64,000 bases of DNA from Candidatus Shapirobacteria bacterium. Lineage in GTDB: Bacteria > Patescibacteriota > Microgenomatia > UBA12405. The stretch is taken from assembly GCA_041665485.1 (NCBI GenBank), contig JBAYIT010000005.1:1974-65973 (forward strand), in the 5' to 3' direction. A model generated the notes under the pieces. That model saw only the letters and a program-made list of their open reading frames with translations, searched no databases and had not been told where the DNA came from. Below, piece after piece: positions 38,396 through 46,285 of the stretch. Numbering within the stretch: position 1 is the first letter of the stretch; each line of letters starts with the position of its first letter. The translations under genes were made by a program, and so were the position numbers.

Positions 38396-39328
38396 TTATG
38401 GGGTATAAACTTGCATTAACCAATTAACTTGGCCGGCTTGGTCAAAATCAATTTTAAATAAATTAGTGTTAAAACAAACGTCACTATCGTAGGAAATGGT
38501 TTTATTGAACTCAGCAACATCTATTTTAGACAGTAGCGCTACGTCGTGGATATCAAGGCAATTAATTTCAGTTTCGAGTGGGAGCTTAAAAGTTCGCGTT
38601 AATTGGTTGCCACCATTTTCTATTCTGTAACCGTTTGGGGCCGAATCATCGTCTATCCACTCGACGTAGTCAATGTCAAAATATGGTTGGTTATTTTTTT
38701 GGTAAACCTTTTTGATGTTGCCAACTTTTACGGTTTTAGAGTTTAGGTGAAAAACATCTTTAGTCGAAGTGGTGGAAGTTGGGGTGGGTAAAAATTTAAA
38801 AGTGGAGAGGATTTGATCGCGGGTATTGTTATCGAAATTCAAAAACACAAACTGAACATAATGTTTATTATCAGGAGTTTTCTTTATGTAGTAATCTCCT
38901 TCGACAACATAACTTGGGCCAGTAAAATTAGTAAAAGTGTTGCTTCCCTTAATGGCAATTGGTAGCAATTTGCAACCCATACCGACTTCACATGAATCAA
39001 CTTCTTTTTTGACAATTTTTAATTCTGAATCATTTGAGATTAAAACATCGATTGTTACCTGTGGGCCAACGGAGTTTTCCGCATATGGGTAATCTATTTT
39101 TTTGAGTGTACGATTATCATCCGGATTTATTTGGTACTCGTTTTTTGGATATTGAAATTCAAAGCTGTATTTTTCATTAACATACGTTTGCCAGGTTGTT
39201 TCCGGAATAGGAGTTGGTGAAGTTGTTGATGGAACTGTCCTAGGGGTTAGTTGGTATTTGTTACTAATGGCGGCTAAAAGTAAAACTATGAAAATCGACG
39301 GAATGAAGAAATAAATAAATTTTGGCAT
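38396..39328 (-). CDS. secreted protein, paralogous-domain family (WQTYxNxKYSFEFQYP ... DQILSTFKFLP)
   Basis: 310 aa. Signal/TM MPKFIYFFIPSIFIVLLLAAISNKYQLTP nearly identical to the downstream paralog; T/P-rich linker. Confidence 0.6.
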   Translation of the reverse strand: MPKFIYFFIPSIFIVLLLAAISNKYQLTPRTVPSTTSPTPIPETTWQTYVNEKYSFEFQYPKNEYQINPDDNRTLKKIDYPYAENSVGPQVTIDVLISNDSELKIVKKEVDSCEVGMGCKLLPIAIKGSNTFTNFTGPSYVVEGDYYIKKTPDNKHYVQFVFLNFDNNTRDQILSTFKFLPTPTSTTSTKDVFHLNSKTVKVGNIKKVYQKNNQPYFDIDYVEWIDDDSAPNGYRIENGGNQLTRTFKLPLETEINCLDIHDVALLSKIDVAEFNKTISYDSDVCFNTNLFKIDFDQAGQVNWLMQVYTP

Positions 39329-39334
39329 TAATGA

Positions 39335-39913
39335 TTAATAAATAAAACTAAAAGTGGAGAGAATTTGATTAAATAAGGTACTCCATTTATTTTCGTACGC
39401 TTTACTGTAGATTGTTTGTATAGAAATACAGTATGTATCAGTGGAAATATTAATACTTCGGATTTTATCGGCTGGTTCATTGCTTAAGTATTCAATAACT
39501 GCTGGGTATTGGTTATTTAACTTAACTTGTTTGGTTAAAATCCCAACTGTTCCACGGGGTAGTTCTGAACATCTGTTGTTGTCGACAGTTATTAATAGCT
39601 TGATACCGGAAACTGTGTCGTATCCAAAGTTCTCATTGATAAATTTTTCTTCATAATCATTGGATTTAATTTCGATTCTTGATCCATTATCTAATCGCGA
39701 TGTTACTGGTTGAGAAAAGTTGTCTGGATATCTGATTTCGAAACTATATTGCTGGTTTTCGTAAGTTTTCCAAGATGTGATTGGAGTCGAAGTTGGGGTT
39801 GGTAAAACAGGGATTGGGGTGGTTTTGGGGATAAGTTGGTATTTACTACTAATCGAGGCAAGGAGGAGGACGATAAAAATGGCGGGGATGAAGAGGAAAA
39901 TAAACTTTGGCAT
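39335..39913 (-). CDS. secreted protein, tandem paralog (WKTYENQQYSFEIRYP ... FNQILSTFSFIY)
   Basis: 192 aa. N-terminus MPKFIFLFIPAIFIVLLLASISSKYQLIP. Confidence 0.6.
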   Translation of the reverse strand: MPKFIFLFIPAIFIVLLLASISSKYQLIPKTTPIPVLPTPTSTPITSWKTYENQQYSFEIRYPDNFSQPVTSRLDNGSRIEIKSNDYEEKFINENFGYDTVSGIKLLITVDNNRCSELPRGTVGILTKQVKLNNQYPAVIEYLSNEPADKIRSINISTDTYCISIQTIYSKAYENKWSTLFNQILSTFSFIY

Positions 39914-40035
39914 TTAGGGACTTAAATAGTAATAACGGGAGAGAGTGAGGAGAAGGAGAACAAAAGCGGTGGCGAGAACTAAAAGGGGAAGTAGGGGAAA
40001 ATTTAATTTGTTAATGAGGGCAGGGCGGGTTTTTT

Positions 40036-41094
40036 TTACCATTGGGGGAGGAAATGTTTAACATTGCTTGAATCGACGATAATTTGTTTGGTTTGGCCGT
40101 CAAAAACCATTAGAGCAACTTTACGGCACATACCTTCAATATTGCGCTTAAGTGTGCGGACACCGGCGTCGAAGCCTAATGGCCTAACAATTTGAGGCCA
40201 AATTTCGGGATTAATTTTAATTTCGTCGGGAGAGAGGCCAGCGTCTTTGAGAGCTTTGGGGAGAAGATAATCTTTGCCGATGTTGACTTTTTCGTCATCG
40301 GTGTAAGAGGGCATCTGAATTACCTCAAGACGGTCCATGACGGCGGTGGCAATCCGAGCAGTGTTGTTGCAAGTGGAAACGAATAGGGCCTGGGACAGGT
40401 CGAAGGGATAATCCAAATAATGATCAGTAAATCGGCTGTTTTGCTCGGGGTCGAGGAGTTCAACAAGAACACCCATAATGGTATTGAGAGCGTCGTCGGC
40501 AACCCGGTCGATTTCGTCAAGAAGAATGACAGGATTATTAGTGCCAGCTTGAGCCAGGCCACGAATAATGGCCCCTGGCTCAGCGTTGGGGTAAACCCGA
40601 GATTGGCCTCTTAAATATAACGGGTCGCCCAAACCACCAAAGGGAATACGAATAAGTTCTCGCCCGAGAACCTCGGCAATCGACATGGCCATGGTGGTTT
40701 TGCCAGTACCGACCAAACCAACAAAAAGCATGATAGGGGCCCGCATTTTCTGATCTGGCTGACGGTGTTTTTGGAGAGCAAGAACGGAGACGTATTCCAA
40801 AATTCTTTCTTTGACGGCATCGAGGCCGTAATGATTTTTATTGAGCTTTTCTTTGGCAAAATTAATGTCGAGAACGTCTTGACTTTGATGATCCCAGGGA
40901 AGTTTGATGACCCATTCAACGTATTTGGAGGCAGATTGATAAAAGGCCCAAAAAGTTTCTTCTGATTTTGAATTAATCTCTAGTTCGGAAAAAAGCTCCC
41001 CTAGTTTATCTTTAAGGCCAACCGGAAGAGAGAGACTGCTAGCTTTGGCCGATAATTTTTCAATCGCTTCTTTAGTCGTCAAAACAGAATCCAT
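40036..41094 (-). CDS. Lon-like AAA+ ATPase core lacking both the Lon N-terminal domain and the protease domain
   Basis: NHYGLDAVKERILEYVSVLALQ, Walker A GLVGTGKTT, ILLDEIDRV Walker B, sensor region; the ORF stops where the Lon protease domain would begin. Confidence 0.7.
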   Translation of the reverse strand: MDSVLTTKEAIEKLSAKASSLSLPVGLKDKLGELFSELEINSKSEETFWAFYQSASKYVEWVIKLPWDHQSQDVLDINFAKEKLNKNHYGLDAVKERILEYVSVLALQKHRQPDQKMRAPIMLFVGLVGTGKTTMAMSIAEVLGRELIRIPFGGLGDPLYLRGQSRVYPNAEPGAIIRGLAQAGTNNPVILLDEIDRVADDALNTIMGVLVELLDPEQNSRFTDHYLDYPFDLSQALFVSTCNNTARIATAVMDRLEVIQMPSYTDDEKVNIGKDYLLPKALKDAGLSPDEIKINPEIWPQIVRPLGFDAGVRTLKRNIEGMCRKVALMVFDGQTKQIIVDSSNVKHFLPQW

Positions 41095-41117
41095 GATTCA
41101 GTATAGAACAAAACCTA

Positions 41118-41182
41118 CGTCATCGCGAGGCCAAAGGCCGTGGCGATCTCAACGGGATTGCTTCGCTACGCTCGCAATGACG
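41118..41182. repeat. REP-like palindromic dispersed repeat, copy c (12-bp inverted arms cgtcatcgcgag / ctcgcaatgacg)
   Basis: Contains gggattgcttcgctacgctcgcaatgacg, near-identical to copy e at 58125-58153. Confidence 0.65.
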
Positions 41183-41188
41183 AAAAAC

Positions 41189-41220
41189 TATCTCCTCGGG
41201 GGGCGGAGGTCGGCGCGGAA
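41189..41220. repeat. 32-bp direct repeat, left copy (orphan duplicate of the pnp 3' end)
   Basis: tatctcctcggggggcggaggtcggcgcggaa is identical to 42359-42390, which encodes the pnp C-terminus RFRADLRPPRR plus the stop. Confidence 0.85.
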
Positions 41221-41261
41221 ACAAAAACTCTGAATCGGTGTGATATTATTCGTTTATATAT

Positions 41262-42350
41262 ATGCCTACTGACAAACTTCCTGAACTGTTTGGAAGAGAA
41301 GGTAATGAGGGTTTTGAGAGAGTCAGACCTTTTTGCTTAGATGTAGCAGATAGAGTAGATGCAGAATTAGCGACAAATAATGGTATTGTAGACCTACCAA
41401 CAATAACGGCATATAGTTATACTCTGTTGCTGGAAGGGGAGTATAGTGAGGGACTTAAAGCGATTTCATATACAAATCAACTTGATGATTATGCTAGAGG
41501 CGTATATGCTTTATCAGAAAAAAATGTTGGTAATGTGGCTGATCTTGGCTCCGAAGATAAGGCTTTATTGGCTTTAGTTCTGTCTATAAATTACTACCGA
41601 ATTGATAATGGCCACAAATATCAACTCAGTCATTTGAAACAGAATGAAGAATATTACCCGGGAAAAGATTTTAGAACTGGACTACAGATGGAAGAGACTT
41701 ACCTGGACCGGATCGGTGGCTGTCTTAGCTCTCTCGGTCTTGACCCAAACAGAACAGCTGATTACATTGCGAAGGCTGATGGCCAAGTACCATTTTCTAA
41801 ATGGCTAGTTCCTGGCGACATTATTGGGTTTGTAGAAGATCCGAGCAAATTTTTAAAGATAGCGCCAGCAAAACAAGAAGAAGTAGCGGTAGGTTTAGTT
41901 ACCCAGGACACAAAAGATACGTTTCCTTCGGTACATTCTCCCTACAGAGATGCAATGAGAAGGGCTATTGACGGATATCAAATAAAAGAAGAACGAGGGC
42001 GAGACCCTAATGTTTTTTTAAGAGAATCGAGGGCGGTAGCCAGAGTTATAAGTAAAAATGCCGATACAGAAACACTAAGACAAACGGGTATATGTTCTGA
42101 TAGCAAATCGATTGGTCGGGCGCTTGGTGATATTCGAAAGAATGGCTTGGTTGTTAACGGGTTGGATCTTGGTGGAGAAGGAAAAAAAAGATTAAGAGAT
42201 TTTCGGAAGGCGATTGTTTACGTTATGGATCCTAGTAGGTTGAAATTAGAAGAGGGAGAAAATCCAGCTGAAATTAGGAGTGTGTTTGAGGAATATTTAA
42301 GAGTACTTGACGAGGTAGGAGCAAAAAAATACAGTAAAGTGATGATTTAA
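41262..42350 (+). CDS. hypothetical protein (cargo of the DR-flanked insertion)
   Basis: 362 aa, no recognisable motif; tgtgatattat 13 nt upstream of the ATG is promoter-like. Confidence 0.5.
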   Translation: MPTDKLPELFGREGNEGFERVRPFCLDVADRVDAELATNNGIVDLPTITAYSYTLLLEGEYSEGLKAISYTNQLDDYARGVYALSEKNVGNVADLGSEDKALLALVLSINYYRIDNGHKYQLSHLKQNEEYYPGKDFRTGLQMEETYLDRIGGCLSSLGLDPNRTADYIAKADGQVPFSKWLVPGDIIGFVEDPSKFLKIAPAKQEEVAVGLVTQDTKDTFPSVHSPYRDAMRRAIDGYQIKEERGRDPNVFLRESRAVARVISKNADTETLRQTGICSDSKSIGRALGDIRKNGLVVNGLDLGGEGKKRLRDFRKAIVYVMDPSRLKLEEGENPAEIRSVFEEYLRVLDEVGAKKYSKVMI

Positions 42351-42357
42351 CCTCTTA

Positions 42358-44547
42358 TTATCTCCTCGGGGGGCGGAGGTCGGCGCGGAAGCGGCCAAAT
42401 TGGGGCCGGGGGCCGAAGTTAGCTTGAGACTCCCGGGGGCCATCGGTTGAACCAGGATGAGCAGATTTAAATTCCGGAGCAGATAACTTTATCTGATGAT
42501 TATCGTTGAAGCCGGAGACACGAACTTTAAGTTTGTCGCCGATTTTCATAATAGTGTTGGGGTCAGATAAAAAGCCACCAGTCATCTCGGAAACGTGAAG
42601 TAGGGCTTCACGGCCGGGAAGGAATTCAACAAAGGCGCCAAAATTTTCAATGCGGGTGACGGTGCCGTCAAACTCTTCGCCAACTTGGACTTCACGAACC
42701 ATCGATTCGATAGCAAAGACGGCTTTGTCAACATTGGCAATATCGGGCGAACAGACGGAAACCCGGCCATCGTCTTCAATGTCAATTTGAACTTGATATC
42801 TCTCCATTAAGGCTTTGATAGTTTTGCCACCACTGCCAACAACTTCGCCAATTTTTTCAACGGGAATGCGGACCATTTTAATTTTGGGGGCAAAAGGGGA
42901 AAGTTCGGCTTTGGGAGCAGTAATGGCTCTGTCCATAACATCAAGAATTTGGAGTCGGGCTTTAGTGGAAGCAACAAAAGTATCCCGAATCATGTCAAGA
43001 GAGAGGCCGGAGCGTTTGATGTCCAGCTGGATGGCAGTAATACCATCCCGAGTACCGGTAATTTTGAAATCCATGTCACCGTGATGATCTTCAATACCGG
43101 CAATGTCGGTTAAAAGCAAATATTTGCCACTGTCGTCGGAAACCATACCAACAGAAATACCGGCAACTTTGTTTTTGATGGGAACACCAGCATCCATTAA
43201 GGATAAAGTTGAACCACAAGTTGAGGCCATCGAAGATGAGCCGTTTTGAGACATAACTTCCGAAGTTAAGGTAATAGTGTAAGGAAACTCATCAACAGAA
43301 GGAATGACTGGCAAAAGAGCTTTTTCGGCCAAAGCTCCGTGGCCAATTTCCCGGCGGCCAGGGCGGCCGAAACGGCCGGTTTGACCGGTAGAAAATGGCG
43401 GAGCGGAGTAATAGTGAATATAGCGCTTAGTAGTTTCTCCTAAAGAATCCTGCAAATATTGTTGTTCGGATAGTGGGCCGAGAGTAGTAATAGTAACCGC
43501 TTGGGTTAAACCGCGTTGGAAAAGAGCCGAGCCATGAGTACAAGGTAAAACGCCGGTTTCAACGGAAACCGGGCGAATTTCGTCAAATCCACGTTTGTCG
43601 TAACGCTGGCCAGCAAGGGTCTGTTGACGGAAATAGCGGTGAATTAACAGGTCGAGAGCTTCCATCAAAAGGGACAGTTTAATTTCGCCTAATTTGATTT
43701 GAGGCTCGTAGGTGGATTCAACTTTTGATCTCAGAGCGATTTCGCCGGCAACATGGGCGCCGTCAGCGCCGGTAGCCATAAAGCTGGCAATATCATCTTT
43801 AAGTAAAGCATCAAGTTCAGAAATAAGACTCTCGGAGGGAGAACCGTTAATAAACTCAATTTTATTTTTACCGTATTTTTTAGCAAATTCAATCAATGAA
43901 GAATTGATTTGATCGCCAGTTTGGAAGGCAGTTTCCATACAAGCAAACATGGTGTCGTTATCAACTATCTGGGCGTCGGCTTCAATCATATTGATACCCT
44001 GACTATCGCGACAAACAAGAAGATCAAGACTGGATTTTAAACTTTCACTAATACTGGGGAATAAAGCCGGCTGGCCGTCAATATGACCAACTCGAACAGC
44101 AGAAACCGGGCCATTGAAAGGAATGTCAGAAATCATTAAAGCAGCGCTGGTGGCCAAAAAGGCGGGAACAACTACGTCGTGGTCTTTATCATTACTTAAA
44201 ACAGTAGCAATGACTTGAACTTCGTTTTTGAAACCAGAGGGAAAAAGAGGGCGGATGGCGCGATCAATAATCCGGCCAAAAAGGACGGCGGTGTCGGAAG
44301 GGCCACCTTCACGTTTAATCCATTTACCACCTTTGATAAAACCACCGGCATAAAGTTTGTCGGAAAATTCAACTGAAAGAGGAAAGTAATCTTTGGTTTC
44401 ATCGAGAGCTCCAAGGGTAACGGTGGCTAAAACAACGGTTTTGCCAAAAGTGGCTAAAACCGAGCCGTTAGCTTGAGGAGCGAGAGTGCCGGTTGAAAGG
44501 GTAACGATTTTGTTCCCAACAGAAATATCAAAGGAGTTGTTGTTCAT
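42358..44547 (-). CDS. pnp: polyribonucleotide nucleotidyltransferase (PNPase)
   Basis: 729 aa; two RNase PH domains, KH and S1 domains; C-terminal basic tail. Confidence 0.95.
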   Translation of the reverse strand: MNNNSFDISVGNKIVTLSTGTLAPQANGSVLATFGKTVVLATVTLGALDETKDYFPLSVEFSDKLYAGGFIKGGKWIKREGGPSDTAVLFGRIIDRAIRPLFPSGFKNEVQVIATVLSNDKDHDVVVPAFLATSAALMISDIPFNGPVSAVRVGHIDGQPALFPSISESLKSSLDLLVCRDSQGINMIEADAQIVDNDTMFACMETAFQTGDQINSSLIEFAKKYGKNKIEFINGSPSESLISELDALLKDDIASFMATGADGAHVAGEIALRSKVESTYEPQIKLGEIKLSLLMEALDLLIHRYFRQQTLAGQRYDKRGFDEIRPVSVETGVLPCTHGSALFQRGLTQAVTITTLGPLSEQQYLQDSLGETTKRYIHYYSAPPFSTGQTGRFGRPGRREIGHGALAEKALLPVIPSVDEFPYTITLTSEVMSQNGSSSMASTCGSTLSLMDAGVPIKNKVAGISVGMVSDDSGKYLLLTDIAGIEDHHGDMDFKITGTRDGITAIQLDIKRSGLSLDMIRDTFVASTKARLQILDVMDRAITAPKAELSPFAPKIKMVRIPVEKIGEVVGSGGKTIKALMERYQVQIDIEDDGRVSVCSPDIANVDKAVFAIESMVREVQVGEEFDGTVTRIENFGAFVEFLPGREALLHVSEMTGGFLSDPNTIMKIGDKLKVRVSGFNDNHQIKLSAPEFKSAHPGSTDGPRESQANFGPRPQFGRFRADLRPPRR

Positions 44548-44551
44548 AAAT

Positions 44552-44821
44552 TTATTTTTTCAAACCGAGATCTTTAATTAATTTAGCGTATCTTTCTGGG
44601 CTATGTTCGGAAAGATAACGAAGCAGACGACGGCGTTTGGCAATTTTGCTTAATAATCCCCTTTTGGCGGGAGAATCGTGCTTGTTGTCGCCCAAGTGGC
44701 CTTGAAGCTTTTCAATCTCTTTAGTAAGAATTGCAACTTGGATTTCCGGAGAACCAGTGTCGCCCTTAGCTTGAGAAAACTTGGTAACGATGGCGGTTTT
44801 TTCGTCTTTAGTTAATGCCAT
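44552..44821 (-). CDS. rpsO: 30S ribosomal protein S15
   Basis: 89 aa; GDTGSPEIQVAILT ... RRRLLRYL. Confidence 0.93.
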   Translation of the reverse strand: MALTKDEKTAIVTKFSQAKGDTGSPEIQVAILTKEIEKLQGHLGDNKHDSPAKRGLLSKIAKRRRLLRYLSEHSPERYAKLIKDLGLKK

Positions 44822-44891
44822 AAAATTTAGCTAAATTCGGTAAAAAAGTAATCGTTTGGGGATGGCTCCCCAAAGACCGAGTTTAGTTACA

Positions 44892-44906
44892 GGAGGGATT
44901 ATAACA
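44892..44906 (-). promoter_or_regulatory. conserved motif TGTTATAAT-CCCTCC upstream of rpsO, followed by a leader hairpin (44856-44873)
   Basis: Minus strand reads tgttataatccctcct, then hairpin ttgggga-tggc-tccccaa, then a U-rich stretch, then the rpsO ATG. Confidence 0.35.
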
Positions 44907-44932
44907 TAAGATCAAAGATCAAATCTCAAAAA

Positions 44933-45160
44933 TCAAAAACTTGACACTAGATTTTTTCTGCCTGCAATTGCCGTGAGGTTAACTCCAACGTCTTTTGGTT
45001 GTCTCAATCCAAAGCCGATAAGAGATTCTAAGGGGGTTTGTTCCCTTAATAAATTATGTGATGGTAATCCGTAATGGTGAGCTTCACCAGGAGAAAAAAC
45101 GCGAACTAGCTCACGTTTAGACCCAAAAAAACCGAGAATTCCGTTGATCTCACGAAGCAT
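44933..45160 (-). CDS. hypothetical small protein
   Basis: 75 aa ORF only. Confidence 0.2.
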   Translation of the reverse strand: MLREINGILGFFGSKRELVRVFSPGEAHHYGLPSHNLLREQTPLESLIGFGLRQPKDVGVNLTAIAGRKNLVSSF

Positions 45161-45166
45161 ATTTAT

Positions 45167-45427
45167 TTAAGCAGTGGGGGTAATGGTAAACGTTGCACCT
45201 CGCTTAAACATACAACCATCGCAATCATTGGCAAACTCTGGATGGACTTCGGGAATAAGACATCTAACTGTCAAGGTTAAATTAGGATCACCCATCATTC
45301 CGACCGATATTTCATCTCTGTGAACAATCCCTGAAGCAGCGCAAGGTTGATTACTTAAACGTCGAACAAGACCGGCGGCAATCAATTCTTCGGGGGTGGA
45401 TTTTGGATTAGAAATTGTTTCGGGCAT
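45167..45427 (-). CDS. hypothetical small protein with a Cys cluster
   Basis: 86 aa; CLIPEVHPEFANDCDGC. Confidence 0.25.
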   Translation of the reverse strand: MPETISNPKSTPEELIAAGLVRRLSNQPCAASGIVHRDEISVGMMGDPNLTLTVRCLIPEVHPEFANDCDGCMFKRGATFTITPTA

Positions 45428-45445
45428 AATTGATTATTGTTTTTT

Positions 45446-46285
45446 TTAAGCTGTGGGGGGGGTAGAGGTACCGGAGGGGGAGAAGGTGCCACCATTATTA
45501 TTAATAAAGGCGGGTTTGGATTCGACGGCTTCGATAGGAGTGGGATTAATTACCGGCTGGGAGAGGCCATTGCCGGGGGCAACTGGCATTTCCGGCTGAG
45601 TGGCTCGGAGGCAGATAGCGCCGGCTTCAAAACTTTCCGGAGAAACATTAATAGAGAAGGACTGGGTAGCAACCCGAAGGCCAATGAGAAGATCTTTGCC
45701 AATATCGGCATTAAGACTTAGCCCAAGCATGGGTAATAAGAAAGTGAAGATTTCGGAAAAGGGAGCGTCGGGGTCAATAATTGAAGCTTTGGCCCAAGAC
45801 TTTTGAACATTAACGGGAGAAACAAAAACCCAGTTGCCTCGATTGACAATTGATGCGTTGGGGCCAAGAGAGCCTTCGTCGCCGAGCATAAAACAAATGT
45901 CAGCCACGGCCGACTGATTGTTGATACTAATTTGATTATTGTCGATTTGAGGCCCAGTGGATTTGGTTTTGACAACCAAGTTCAATTTTCCACCGTCGTC
46001 ATTGTAAGAAACCTGATCGATTTGATCGAGGGGATAAGTTAGGGAAATAACCAGGTCACTACCGCTAAAACTATCGCTTATTAGCTCTAATCCACTAAGT
46101 TTGGAATAATTTTGATCGGTTTTTTGGGGAGAGTAAACTTTAGCCTCAATATTCTTTTGTTTAAGGGAAAGGGCTAAGCCCAGGGCGGCGCCAACACTAT
46201 CAACACTAATTTGAGGAACAACAATGAGAGCAGTTTTGGCAGTGGAAAGAAGTGGGCTAATGGAAGAAACGTTATAATTTTTCAT
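45446..46285 (-). CDS. hypothetical protein, possibly a degenerate DHH-family (NrnA-like) protein by position between infB and rpsO
   Basis: 279 aa. Weak similarity around VVPQISVDSVGAALGLAL and MLGDEGSLG; the canonical DHH His residues are not evident. Confidence 0.25.
   Translation of the reverse strand: MKNYNVSSISPLLSTAKTALIVVPQISVDSVGAALGLALSLKQKNIEAKVYSPQKTDQNYSKLSGLELISDSFSGSDLVISLTYPLDQIDQVSYNDDGGKLNLVVKTKSTGPQIDNNQISINNQSAVADICFMLGDEGSLGPNASIVNRGNWVFVSPVNVQKSWAKASIIDPDAPFSEIFTFLLPMLGLSLNADIGKDLLIGLRVATQSFSINVSPESFEAGAICLRATQPEMPVAPGNGLSQPVINPTPIEAVESKPAFINNNGGTFSPSGTSTPPTA

Larger units (their letters stand above)
41189..42390 (+). mobile_element. 1.2-kb single-gene insertion bounded by perfect 32-bp direct repeats; no integrase in the window
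   Basis: Perfect DRs at 41189-41220 and 42359-42390 flank the ORF 41262..42350, which has codon usage unlike its neighbours. Confidence 0.5.

Noticed and set aside
44933-45427. Considered merging the 75-aa and 86-aa ORFs into a split peptide deformylase or rbfA
   Set aside because: Neither the PDF motifs (GIGLAAPQ, EGCLS, HEhDHL) nor the RbfA signature could be aligned; left as low-confidence hypotheticals.
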